From NCBI GenBank assembly GCA_963664435.2, contig CAXXKM010000002.1, positions 320,001-384,000 on the forward strand: a stretch of DNA of 64,000 nt, read 5' to 3'. Each line of letters begins with the position of its first letter. The first letter of the stretch is position 1. This document shows, piece after piece, positions 49,520 to 59,264 of the stretch. The stretch is from Longimicrobiales bacterium (GTDB lineage: Bacteria; Gemmatimonadota; Gemmatimonadetes; Longimicrobiales; Gaopeijiaceae). The notes under the pieces were generated by a model, which had not been told where the DNA came from, did not search any database, and saw only the letters and a program-made list of their open reading frames with translations. The translations under genes were made by a program, and so were the position numbers.

Positions 49520-50761
49520 CTACCACCGGAACCAGAAGCGCCGCCACAGCTGGCTTTCCCTTTCCCGGAAGATGTCCTTACGGTCGCCCGTCAGGTCGAT
49601 CGGGCGAATCCAGAACCGGCACCCCATGGGCCCGAACGGTACCGTCCGCGAGATGCCGATCTCGTAGAAAGGGAGGGTGAGGCGGAGGAAGGTGGCGTCG
49701 TCGTAGACGCGGCCTTCCTCTATGGCAGCCGCGTGACGCATCGCCTCTGGGTCCGCCTCGGTGCGACGGACGGGCGAGATGTTGAACAGCCTCATGCCGC
49801 GATCCGTAAGCTCCACGCGGAATAGGTACTCGGGATCACCGTCCGGGTCGAGCCAGCACGGGGGCGGATCGATTCCGGTCCCTTGGCGCAGCTGCTCGAC
49901 TTGGGTCTGCAAGTAGTTCGCTCTGCCGAGCGCATCGTCTCGTTCCTGCTCTGCCTGGGTCGTCCTCTGGCGAAGAGCGTTCGCCTGCAGGCGGGCGGCC
50001 CGAAGGGAATCGACGGCCGACGCAGCATCGTCGGGGAACATCTCCCAGGTGTCCTGAAGCTCACGGTCCAGCGCGGAGATGGTCTGGCGAGCGAGGGACA
50101 ACGAGTCTTCGAGACGTTCCACCCGTGCCGCTTGCTCGATGACCTGATCTGCCTCGCCCAAGCTGGCACCTCCGCGTTCGGCGATGGCCGCGCCAAGGGG
50201 CTCTACCAGCGCGGACACGGCGGTCTGGCGCTCCAGCGAGTCCACACTCGCGGCCACCTGTCTCGACAGCGAGTCTGCTCGCGCGCCAGCCGTTTCCCGT
50301 TCACCCCGGCTGCGCACAAGAGAGTCCCTTAAAACTCGCATTTCCGCCGCCTGTTCACCCAAACGCTGCACGACCTCCTGGGAAACTCCCCCGTTCAGCA
50401 GCTGGCGCTCGGCCTCGACAGCGCGGGCCGTTGCACTGGCAAGGTCCTGTTCGGCCTTCTCGGCCCGGAAGCGCTCGACCTCCCTCTCGCGGACCAACTC
50501 CCTGGACCTCTCAAACCATGCATCCGCGCTACCCCAGGACATGCTGTCGCTCCGGACCATTTCCTGTGTAATCAGCAGATCGACCCGCGCCGTATCCCTC
50601 GCAGCCTCCGCGTCATCGCGCTGCATCTGTTCGAAGCGAAGCAGAACGGCGCAAGCGAGCAGCAGAATGAAGACCATGATGCTAAAGGTCTCGGCCAGCG
50701 TCAGCCCGAGTGCCAAGCCCCTGCGGTAGTGTGTCTTCTCGGCCGGCAGCAAGGTGGACAC
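49520..50761 (-). CDS. MotB/ZorB-like single-TM protein with a long coiled coil and Cys-containing C-terminal domain (operon gene D)
   Basis: YRRGLALGLTLAETFSIMVFILLLA (acidic residue in the TM), long heptad-rich region, DPPPCW...GCRFW domain; no OmpA-like motif. Confidence 0.75.
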   Translation of the reverse strand: MSTLLPAEKTHYRRGLALGLTLAETFSIMVFILLLACAVLLRFEQMQRDDAEAARDTARVDLLITQEMVRSDSMSWGSADAWFERSRELVREREVERFRAEKAEQDLASATARAVEAERQLLNGGVSQEVVQRLGEQAAEMRVLRDSLVRSRGERETAGARADSLSRQVAASVDSLERQTAVSALVEPLGAAIAERGGASLGEADQVIEQAARVERLEDSLSLARQTISALDRELQDTWEMFPDDAASAVDSLRAARLQANALRQRTTQAEQERDDALGRANYLQTQVEQLRQGTGIDPPPCWLDPDGDPEYLFRVELTDRGMRLFNISPVRRTEADPEAMRHAAAIEEGRVYDDATFLRLTLPFYEIGISRTVPFGPMGCRFWIRPIDLTGDRKDIFRERESQLWRRFWFRW

Positions 50762-50766
50762 CGTGG

Positions 50767-52202
50767 CTACCGTGGCTCGGTCTCTGAGATGCGGTTCCGC
50801 CGGCGAACGAAAACGTCTCGTATCCGCTGCAGCAACCGGGGGGCCTCGCGCCTGCCGCGGATCCTCCCCCGGATTTCCCGCGTCTCCTCGGAAAGCTGCT
50901 CCGCCTCATGACTCGCTACGCTCAGAAACTGGGACAACCTCCCTGATTGGTCATGCAGTCCGGACAGGACGGAGCCGAGTTCGTCGCCCTGGCGTCGAGC
51001 CGAACCGACGCTTGCCGAAAGCCCCCGGCCATCGATGGCAGTGACCTGCTGCTCTAGCGACCGGGCGCTTTCGACGACATTGGCGATTCCGTCATGGGCG
51101 TCCGCTGCTGACTCGCGAATCGAAGCGACCGCCGCATCCACGGCGCTGGCCTGTGCGGTTAACCCTTGAACGTCACGCCTCCCCTCGTCGGCATGCCTCT
51201 TGGCTTCCGCCAGCGTCCTCCGCACTTTCTTGCCGGCTTCTTGAGCATGCCTTCCGATCTGCTCGACAACACTCTCAGTTTCCTGGGTGCGCCGTCGCAG
51301 CCCGGAGATGGTACCTCGCAGAGACGTCGTCTCAGCGGCCACAGCCGCAACGCCGTCGGCTGACTCGCGGATGGCTTGCGAGACCGGCTTTGCCGCCTCC
51401 CGAGCTTCGGCCAAGGCCGACCTGAAATCCCGGACATCCCCTCCGGCCGAGACGAGTTGCTCTCCAAGCGACGCCGACTGGTCCCCAATTCCGCCAACAG
51501 ATTCCTGCAGGCCGCTCGCCGCTCTCGTTCCGCTTTCAACGGCATCGTGGAAGGCGTTCATTGCCCCCCCAAGCGTTTCGGCGGTTTCTGCAACCCTGTT
51601 CGATTGCTCGTCCAGCACTTCGGCCGTCTGTGCCGCCCTGTCGGCCGTGGCGGAGATTCTCCCGACGGTGGTCGCCATTGCTTCACCCGAGTCCGCGAAG
51701 GTGTTGACCAAATGTCCAAGTGGTCGCGTGCGCGGTCCAAGCTGCCCTTCATCTCAGACACAGCGGCCTCCAAGTCACCCCGAATGGCCTCCTCCAAGTC
51801 GCCGGGAGCGTCCCCAGACATCGCATACCAGACGCGTCCCGCGAGCCCCCAGATCGTGGTGACCAGCGCGATCCCAAAGTTCCGGATGATTCCGATCGTC
51901 CGGGTGGCGTCTGACCCCCAATCGAAGGCGATAAGCGCGGCGATCAGGGCAATGAAGGTGAAGAGGAGTCCCAGGTAATAGAACGAGTCGCCCTTGGAAT
52001 CGCTCCCCACCTCGGTTTGGCGAATGGACACGCCGAATCCGACCATGAGTACCGATAGTACCAGCGCTATCAGCCAAGGCGGCAGACTGACCAGATTGGC
52101 CAAAACGATGAAGACCGCCCCCATGGCCAGTGTTGCCAACCAGGCTTTGCGGTGTTGCCGGCGGGCTTCCCCGGCGTCGGGTCGCTGCGCCGTGCGGTTC
52201 AT
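50767..52202 (-). pseudogene. MotA/ExbB/ZorA-like 4-TM protein with a long helical tail, split by a 1-nt frameshift at about 51711 (operon gene C)
   Basis: YYLGLLFT...FGIALVTTIWGL channel-like helices in frame 52202 to 51712; the tail continues in ORF 50767..51711; adding one T to CATTTGG joins them into about 478 aa. Confidence 0.75.
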
Positions 52203-53014
52203 CCCTCCACGTTGACCCATCTGGGCCGTGCCGCAGGATGGGCCCCTTGATCCAGGAAGTAGTCCTCCCAGAACCGGCGCATGTTGCCGGCTTGGAGACG
52301 CCCGGCTTCGCCGCCACGGGCCAGCAGGAAGACCGACACCTCCACGCGAGAGAGATCCACGCGTAGCGTACCGTAATCCGGGTTCCGCGAGAGCGAGCCG
52401 AAGTCCACCGGTTCGCGGTAGAAGGACAAAGCCGGGGAGTTCTGGAGCATGTCCGACGCGATCAAGAGCTGGCGCGGCGTGGTCGACGTGCGCGGCTGGA
52501 AGGCATTGACAACCGCGGCCTGAATACCCTCGAGCAGCGGAGAGACGATATCCCCTTGGACGTCCAGCAGGGCGGACAGTTCGCGCTGTAGCGACGTGTT
52601 GAACTCCTCGTACTCCCTCGCGGCGATCTGCGGGTTTCCGGTGAGTGACGATACACCGTCCGGGTGGGCGGGCACGCACATCCGCAACACCGACGCGGTG
52701 TCTCCCCTGCCGGCTCTCGATAGCGCATACACGCGGATTTCGGCGGTTTCCGGGGCATCCAACTCGATGGCTTCAAGGATTCTAGGCACAACCGAGCGCT
52801 GCACGCTGGTGAGGGAGTCGGACGGATCGACCAGGATCGCGATCTGCGCCGCGTAATCACCGTCTTCGGGGCAGTTTACAGAATCAAGGCGGGGGCCGCC
52901 GCTCATCTGGCCCCAAACAAGAGCGCTGACGAGCACGAGTGCCGATGCCGCTCCCACCGACCAGCCGGCGAAGGTCTTCCGCCGTTCCCGTTTGCGCCGC
53001 GCCCGTCGGCTCAC
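52199..53014 (-). CDS. Membrane-anchored vWA-like protein with a MIDAS motif (operon gene B)
   Basis: Basic N-terminus plus TM; ILVDPSDS (DxSxS), SPLLEGI, LLIASDMLQN. Confidence 0.8.
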   Translation of the reverse strand: MSRRARRKRERRKTFAGWSVGAASALVLVSALVWGQMSGGPRLDSVNCPEDGDYAAQIAILVDPSDSLTSVQRSVVPRILEAIELDAPETAEIRVYALSRAGRGDTASVLRMCVPAHPDGVSSLTGNPQIAAREYEEFNTSLQRELSALLDVQGDIVSPLLEGIQAAVVNAFQPRTSTTPRQLLIASDMLQNSPALSFYREPVDFGSLSRNPDYGTLRVDLSRVEVSVFLLARGGEAGRLQAGNMRRFWEDYFLDQGAHPAARPRWVNVEG

Positions 53015-54450
53015 TGCGGTCCCGTCCTGTCATAAGGATCCAGTCTCGTGAAGTCGTTCACGGCTCTCTGCTGTTCCTCCAGATAAGAGCGCAGCCGAGC
53101 TTGGCGCGCCTCCAGATCGGCGCGTTCAACCTGGCTGCGTGACTCGGACTCGGATTGGTCGATCACCATCGACGGATCCGGGGGGGTGGGGAGAGTCCAG
53201 TCCGCCGCCCAGGGAGTCTCCCAGACGGCGGGCTCCTGCGTCGAGCGGGTTTCCCCGTTGTTCGTCCGATAGATGTCCAATGCCCCTCGTACGCTTGCCT
53301 CCAAGCTATTCGCGAAATCGCGAAAGTCGCGGTACCGCCGTTGGAGGCTGTCGAAGGCGCGAAGTGCGAGCCGGCGGGAGTCGACGGGATCGGTGAAGCC
53401 GTTGAGCAACCGCTTCTGGGCGTCGTCGTGTTTTTCTTTCAGCGTCTCGAGGAGCTCGGCGCGATCATCGGAAAGCTGCCTTTCGGCCTTGCGGCGTTTG
53501 CGAGCGCGCTTGCTGTAGCCCGGATAGGGGTCGTCTTGTCTGAACCACTCGTAGGTTCCGAGCAGCCACGCAAGGAGCCCGATGAGCAAGAGCATGTACG
53601 AATAGAATCCACCCAAGCGAAGCTGGTTCCGGGCAAACAAACATAGGGCTTCCTGATCCGCGTCTGCCTCTTCGGGTCCCCTCCAGCACGCTTCGATCCC
53701 GGGCTCTGCGGTCTCGGCTTCCGGCACGGGCTGGGTCGCGGTCGGCTCCGGCGGGTAGTCGACGGCCAACGCCTCGCGGTAGTGGCCCACAAAGAGATTC
53801 CAGCCAATGGCGGCAACTGCAACCGACACCAGCAAAGTCCCCCCGATCATCTTCTGCAGCGGCTCACGGTGCTTGGTCATCCGCAGCGTCACGGCGGCGA
53901 GCAGTCCGAGCCCAATCACATTGACGACGCTGATCAACACCGCGTAACTCACCCCGGCAAAGATGCCGCCCGACACATTCGCGCCGAAGAAGAGCCCGTT
54001 GATTAGCGTCTCAACAAGTACCAAACCTACCAGGATTCCGATTGGGAGAGTCCGGTTCTCCGGGTAATCGGCATCTCTGGTGAGTTTTTCGTCACGCCTG
54101 AACTGATTCAAGTCCCCGATCGCCTGCTGGGCCTGCCCGGCCAAGTTCTCCAACTCAGGCCGCTCCTCTTCCATGGCTTCCTTCATGTCCAAGCAAGCCT
54201 GCTCGACATCGGCTTCGCCGAGAACCGGTCCACCTGGGGACCTCATGCGTGTCTCGAGGGTGGTGCGGTGCTTGTTGTAGTCGGTTAGCCGGTCCGTGAA
54301 GAGGTCTTCGCAATGGGCAATAACCTCCGTTTCGGGAGTGTCAAGTCTAGGCTAGTCGGAAGACGGCAGTTCTTGGCGCCCGCGGTCGCGGCCGTGTTTC
54401 TTTAGGTCGAACTGCTCGACCAGCTCCGAAACGCTTGGGGCTCTTCGCAT
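53011..54450 (-). pseudogene. Multi-TM coiled-coil membrane protein with an in-frame TAG at codon 33 (operon gene A)
   Basis: ATG 54450: MRRAPS...ELPSSD*PRLDTPETEVIAHC...TRM, in frame with ORF 53011..54246; about 4 TMs flanked by helical regions. Confidence 0.75.
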
Positions 54451-54722
54451 TGTTTCTCTCGGATGTGGGGGCGAACCAACGGTATCGGCTCCCCTTGCCC
54501 TTCGCAACGTCGGCTGGTGTTCATCAGAAGGGCCCAAATCCGATGGAAGTTCGGTCCTGATCTTCGAATGACACGGCCATCCGTCTTGCAGGAGTTCTCG
54601 GCTCGATGACCAAGAAGTGGATTGCCTCACAGGCCACCGACGGTATTCGGCTACTACCGGTTTCGAGTCATCGCCAACGGGGTGGGCCGACGGCAATCAG
54701 TCTCGCGCGACCAAGATGCTCC

Positions 54723-55034
54723 CTACAGCACCACGTCTCCCCCAGGGTCGCGCTTTCGGAGGCGCAGCAACAGCTGTTCTGCTTCCCGCAGCCTCTCCCG
54801 ACGAGCGTCGTCGTCAACGACCGAGGAGCGCCAAGCCGACTGACCGCGGACTTCTGGAACCCGCAGAACCGTGCCTTCGCTGACGCCCGGCGGAAGCACC
54901 GCCATGGGCACATCCTCCGAGAGCGCATCGTCGTCTCTTACCAGTACTGCGACCCCCGATTCGATGCGGTCGACCACCCAGACACGTTCGTTGCGGCCGG
55001 CGGTGCTCTCGTTTTTCATGTAGCCATCGCTCAA
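54723..55034 (-). CDS. DUF3006 family protein
   Basis: VVDRIESGVAVL...LPPGVSEGTVL...L..RL; overlaps the upstream gene stop. Confidence 0.8.
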   Translation of the reverse strand: MSDGYMKNESTAGRNERVWVVDRIESGVAVLVRDDDALSEDVPMAVLPPGVSEGTVLRVPEVRGQSAWRSSVVDDDARRERLREAEQLLLRLRKRDPGGDVVL

Positions 55035-56434
55035 TACCGGAACACGAGCACCGTTGCGCCCGCTTCGTTGAATAGCGTCGCCTCGTCTCCGTCGTTGTTC
55101 CAGACGGCGCTTCCCCGACCCATGTAATAGTGTTCGCCTTCGTTCTCGCCAGCGCCGGTATGCACCACGACCCGTCCACCGGCGTCCAGGATCGTTTCCA
55201 CTGGAAAACGGAAGCAGTGGCGCGCGGCGTCACACAGCGTCCATCCACCAATTGCCAGTGCTACATCCTGCCGGCTTTCCAGCACCACGTACTCTCCGTT
55301 CGGGTTCCGGTTGTCGTTGCCGGGCGCGTCGGCATTCACGCGGAGGCGGAGGCCGCGACCGCTCGACGAGACCGGTTCTGGCGCTACAGCCCTACCCCCG
55401 CCGATTATCGCAATGTCCGCTGAGATTCCGATTCCATCCCCGACCCAGGTATTACGCGCATCCGTTACGCTTGTCGACGCCACCTGTTCGCCGAGCGCTA
55501 GGCCGTAAGCTCCGTGCCTGTATCCGAGAATCGACACGTGCCCCTCCAAGTCCGTTCGAAGCACGTTCGCACCCACCCCGGCGTAAGCCTGCAACGCGGA
55601 CGGCCTCGGATGCCCATAGGTGTTCCTACCTACTGAAATCACCACCACTTCGGGCCGTGCGGCCTCTAGAAAAGCCCATGTGAACCCATTGTCGCTCCCG
55701 TGATGCGGCGCCTTAAGCAGCGTCAGCGACGGCACAACGCCCTGGCCAACCAGATGCGTCAATTGGCGCACTTCCGAATCGCCGCTCAGGAAGGCTCGGA
55801 AGCTTCCGAAACGCACCACCAGCGCGACGGAGCGGTTGTTGAGGTCGGTCGTCGCGACCGGGAGCAGCGGCAGCACCTCGATCTCGGCGCTCCCGAGCGA
55901 AATCTTCCGCGGCACAGCCTCCAGATACCCGATCTCAGGCCGGGCGGCGAGTGTCGCCAGCAATCTTCGATATGTCGCGGTTGTGTGGGGCTGCCGGTTG
56001 TCCATGTAGAACCGCACGGGCATCGACTCGATCACCGCCGCCATCCCACCGATATGGTCGGCATGCGGATGGGTGGCCACCAACAGATCGATGCTTTCCA
56101 CGCCAACCTCTCGCAGGAGCGGGACGATGTTGCCCCTACCCGCGTCTACGAGGGCCGTCTGGCCCTCCGGCGCTTGAATGAGCACGGCGTCACCCTGGCC
56201 CACGTCCAGAAACGTCACGCGCAGAACGGAGTCGGAAGGGATGGCCCCGGCGGAAGTGGTCCCCGGTGACTCGGGCCCGACCAGCGCCATCCCGCGGGAT
56301 ACCTGCGGGAGCGAACCCGTGGTGACCATGGTGAGTATCGAGACCCCGGCCACCATAGCGGCGCGAAAAACGGTGGCCCGGCCAGTTGTCCGGTCCCCAG
56401 CCCGAGCGGGCGTGATGATGTTCGGTTGGGACAT
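55031..56434 (-). CDS. ComEC/Rec2-type metallo-beta-lactamase-fold nuclease with a C-terminal lamin-tail domain
   Basis: FLDVGQGDA, THPHADHIGG, NNRS, GDSE, KAPHHGS, YGHP, RTDLEG; LTD NGEYVVLE...GGWTL...VWNNDGDEATL; start uncertain. Confidence 0.9.
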   Translation of the reverse strand: MSQPNIITPARAGDRTTGRATVFRAAMVAGVSILTMVTTGSLPQVSRGMALVGPESPGTTSAGAIPSDSVLRVTFLDVGQGDAVLIQAPEGQTALVDAGRGNIVPLLREVGVESIDLLVATHPHADHIGGMAAVIESMPVRFYMDNRQPHTTATYRRLLATLAARPEIGYLEAVPRKISLGSAEIEVLPLLPVATTDLNNRSVALVVRFGSFRAFLSGDSEVRQLTHLVGQGVVPSLTLLKAPHHGSDNGFTWAFLEAARPEVVVISVGRNTYGHPRPSALQAYAGVGANVLRTDLEGHVSILGYRHGAYGLALGEQVASTSVTDARNTWVGDGIGISADIAIIGGGRAVAPEPVSSSGRGLRLRVNADAPGNDNRNPNGEYVVLESRQDVALAIGGWTLCDAARHCFRFPVETILDAGGRVVVHTGAGENEGEHYYMGRGSAVWNNDGDEATLFNEAGATVLVFRY

Positions 56435-56566
56435 GGGGAAAGGGTAGGGCGCTAGCGGGTGAGGAGGCAAAGGTCGAATCATCTCCAACATGCGAGAGCC
56501 TGTCGGAAATGGGACAGCAGGTCTTGTGTTAAGGCGTGCCTTGTCTCGGTTAGTAACCGATGCACC

Positions 56567-56767
56567 TCACCGCCCGGCCGGTCCAGCGAACTCCTTGATC
56601 GTCCGGCTCAGCTGCTCGACGGTGGCGAATTTCGCCTCGGAGGACTCGTTGATCCGGTCGGCGAGGTGCTCGATTTTGTCCAGTGGCGCCTCGCCCGCGA
56701 GCGATTTTCAACCTGCGAAGGACATCGGCGCGTCCGTCGAGCCTCCCGCCTCCAGCGACTCGCCCAC
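56567..56767 (-). other. Small coding-like frame with an internal UGA (candidate selenoprotein or gene remnant)
   Basis: VGESLEAGGSTDAPMSFAG[TGA 56708-56710]KSLAGEAPLDKIEHLADRINESSEAKFATVEQLSRTIKEFAGPAGR; strong GC3 bias after the TGA. Confidence 0.5.
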
Positions 56768-56768
56768 C

Positions 56769-59264
56769 CTACCGGTCCATCACCGGCGTCCCCGCATTCT
56801 TCACGTACCTGTCCATCCACTCGATCATCTCGGCCACGGCGTGCATCACCGATTCGCGCCCGCGGTAACCGTGGCTCTCGTGGGGGAGCATCACCAGGCG
56901 GGCCGTGCCGCCGTTGCCCTTGAGCGCGTGGAACATGCGCCGGGACTGTACCGGGAAGGTCCCGGAATTGTTGTCGGCCTCGCCGTGGATGAGGATCATC
57001 GGCTCGTTGATGTCATCGGCGTGCATGAACGGAGACATCGCGAAGTAGACATCGCCCGCCTCCCAGAAGGTGCGGCGCTCGTTCTGGAAGCCGAAGGGCG
57101 TGAGGGAGCGGTTGTACGCCCCGCTGCGCGCGATGCCCGCCTGGAACAGGTTGGAGTGCGCGAGCAGGTTGGCGGTCATGAAGGCGCCGTAGCTGTGGCC
57201 GCCCACGCCGACCCGGTCGCGGTCGGTAACGCCCATTTCGACCACCTTGTCCACGGCCGCCGCAGCCGAACTCACCAACTGATCCACGTAGGTGTCGTTG
57301 GGCGTCTCCTCCCCGATGATCGGCATGGTGGGTCCGTCGAAGACCGCGTATCCCTGGGTGAGGAAGAAGAGGTGCGAGGCGCCCCCCACGCGCGTGAAGC
57401 GGCTGGGCGAGCCGCGCACCTGCCCGGCCACGTCGGGATTCGAGTACTCCCGGGGATAGGCCCAGACCACGGTGGGCAGCCGCGTGCCCTCCTCATGGTC
57501 CGCGGGCAGATACAGCGTGCCCGAAAGCTGCACCCCGTCCTCGCGCTCGTAGGTGACGAACTGGCGCGTCACGCCGGAGAGCTGGGGATGGGGGTTTTCG
57601 AACCGGGTCAGCTGCCTGCGGTCCTCCGAGCGCGTATCGCGCACGAAGTAGTTGGGCGGGTCGAGCGGGGTTTCGTACTGGGTGAGGATCCGGCGGCCGT
57701 CGTCGTCGAGCATGGCGACCACGGATTCGTAGCTGCCGGGCGCCGCCTGGAAGAGGCGTTCGCTTGCGCCGGTGGCGAGATTCATGCGGTCGAGGAAGGG
57801 ATGGTCTCCGGCATCCGAGGCTCCCGCTCCCGTCAGGAAGATCCAGTCGCCGTCCTGCACGATGAGCGACTCGCCGTTCTCCGCGCGGCGTGTCACCGGG
57901 GTCCCGGGATCGCTGTAGCGGTCCTGCGAGTTGCGCTCCCAGATCAACCGCGGCTCGGCGCCGCCGTCCACGTCGATCTGCCAGGTGCGGACCGTGTTGG
58001 ACCGGCGCCAGGACTCGGTCAGCAGCGCCAGACCGTCCTCCCCGCGCGCGAGTCCCGCGTAACGGAGGGCCGTGCGCGTCACTTCGGCGGCATCGCCGTC
58101 AAACGGTGCGGCCAGCCCCATCACCCGGTCGCGGTGCTCCGCCTCCGCCCGGGGGTCGCCCCCGTCCAGCGCCTCGACCCACATGAGGGTGTGATCCTCG
58201 CCCGGCATCCAGCGATGCCCGCGCGGTCCCTCCTCGACGCCTCCGATGGGCGCTCCGTCCGCCAGGGGAAGCGACGCGACCTGGGCCACCACCTCGCCCT
58301 CCCGGCTCCAGACCTGCAGCTCCTTCGGGAATCGCGAGTCCGGCACCAGGTAGGAGAAAGGGCGCACCGTGCGTTCGGCGAGGATGTACGCGCCGCTTGG
58401 CGAAGCGGTGAGATCCCAGATGCCGGGTTCGGCCAGCGTTCGCACCCCGCCATCGTCCGCATCGACCAGCGCGGGCTGGGAGGTGGCGTAGTATTCGTAC
58501 AGCGCCGCGCCGTGGGCATCCTCGATCAGGTCCTGGTAGGTGCGCACCGGGGCGGTTCTTCCTTCGGCTTCCTGGATGACCGGCCCCCCGGGGACCCGGG
58601 GCGCCATGGGCGAAGGCCCGCGTCCCGACGGCACCAGGGTGCAGAGCAGTTCGCTCCCGCCGGTGATCCAGTCGCACGGCGCTCCTCGGACGCCGTTCAC
58701 CCGCTCGTCGATGAGCCGGCGGGCGCTGGCCTCCGAGACGCTCCCGATCCAGAGTTCGATCCCGTCGCTCACGGTGCGCGTGACGGCGAACCGGTCTCCC
58801 CCGGGGGCGAAGCGAGGCACGCCCCAGCCACCCTCGGGCGCGTCGACCGGCCGCTGGGAGCCATCGGAGACGTTCATCACGGAGAGGGTCGTCGTGAGTC
58901 CCGGATTCCGTCCGGTGGAGGGCCCGAAAACACCGGTCGTCGCCGGATTGATGCGGCGGCCGCCCAGACGAAGCATGGGCTGCGCCATGTCCTCGATCGA
59001 GGGCATGCTGCGGCGTCCCGTGAGGACGATCCACTCCCCGTCCGGGCTGACGTTCACGAACGGGGGAGGAGGCGCGTCGAGGATGCGCACGATCTCCTCG
59101 GGAGGCATGCGGTAACCGTCCTGGGCGGAGGCGTCGACCGCGGCCGCGCCAAGGAACCCGGCGGCGCAGGCTGCCACGAGCGTGGCCTGCAGCAGTCTCC
59201 GTGCCCTGCCGCGGAAACGGCGGACCGTGAACATGGGGCGGGGGGGTGTGGTCGTCGGGGCCAT
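56769..59264 (-). CDS. S9 family (prolyl oligopeptidase-like) secreted peptidase
   Basis: Signal peptide, beta-propeller, GGHSYGAFM, HGEADNN, ESHGY. Confidence 0.93.
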   Translation of the reverse strand: MAPTTTPPRPMFTVRRFRGRARRLLQATLVAACAAGFLGAAAVDASAQDGYRMPPEEIVRILDAPPPPFVNVSPDGEWIVLTGRRSMPSIEDMAQPMLRLGGRRINPATTGVFGPSTGRNPGLTTTLSVMNVSDGSQRPVDAPEGGWGVPRFAPGGDRFAVTRTVSDGIELWIGSVSEASARRLIDERVNGVRGAPCDWITGGSELLCTLVPSGRGPSPMAPRVPGGPVIQEAEGRTAPVRTYQDLIEDAHGAALYEYYATSQPALVDADDGGVRTLAEPGIWDLTASPSGAYILAERTVRPFSYLVPDSRFPKELQVWSREGEVVAQVASLPLADGAPIGGVEEGPRGHRWMPGEDHTLMWVEALDGGDPRAEAEHRDRVMGLAAPFDGDAAEVTRTALRYAGLARGEDGLALLTESWRRSNTVRTWQIDVDGGAEPRLIWERNSQDRYSDPGTPVTRRAENGESLIVQDGDWIFLTGAGASDAGDHPFLDRMNLATGASERLFQAAPGSYESVVAMLDDDGRRILTQYETPLDPPNYFVRDTRSEDRRQLTRFENPHPQLSGVTRQFVTYEREDGVQLSGTLYLPADHEEGTRLPTVVWAYPREYSNPDVAGQVRGSPSRFTRVGGASHLFFLTQGYAVFDGPTMPIIGEETPNDTYVDQLVSSAAAAVDKVVEMGVTDRDRVGVGGHSYGAFMTANLLAHSNLFQAGIARSGAYNRSLTPFGFQNERRTFWEAGDVYFAMSPFMHADDINEPMILIHGEADNNSGTFPVQSRRMFHALKGNGGTARLVMLPHESHGYRGRESVMHAVAEMIEWMDRYVKNAGTPVMDR

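Larger units (their letters stand above)
47186..56550. mobile_element. Accessory genomic island / insertion hotspot (no integrase seen)
   Basis: Visibly lower GC and more A/T-ending codons than the flanks, direct repeat at the left end, pseudogenes, accessory genes; right boundary approximate. Confidence 0.7.

Noticed and set aside
54352..54354. Pyrrolysine or alternative genetic code
   Set aside because: TAG terminates many ordinary genes in this window (for example ssb and moxR), and no pyl genes are seen.
49520..54450. Calling the operon canonical Zorya, flagellar MotAB or ExbBD/TolQR
   Set aside because: No OmpA-like domain, no ZorC/D/E, and no flagellar or Ton/Tol context; only the TM signatures are similar.
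47186..56550. Integron cassette array or prophage
   Set aside because: No integrase, no repeated attC-like sites recognised, and no phage structural genes.
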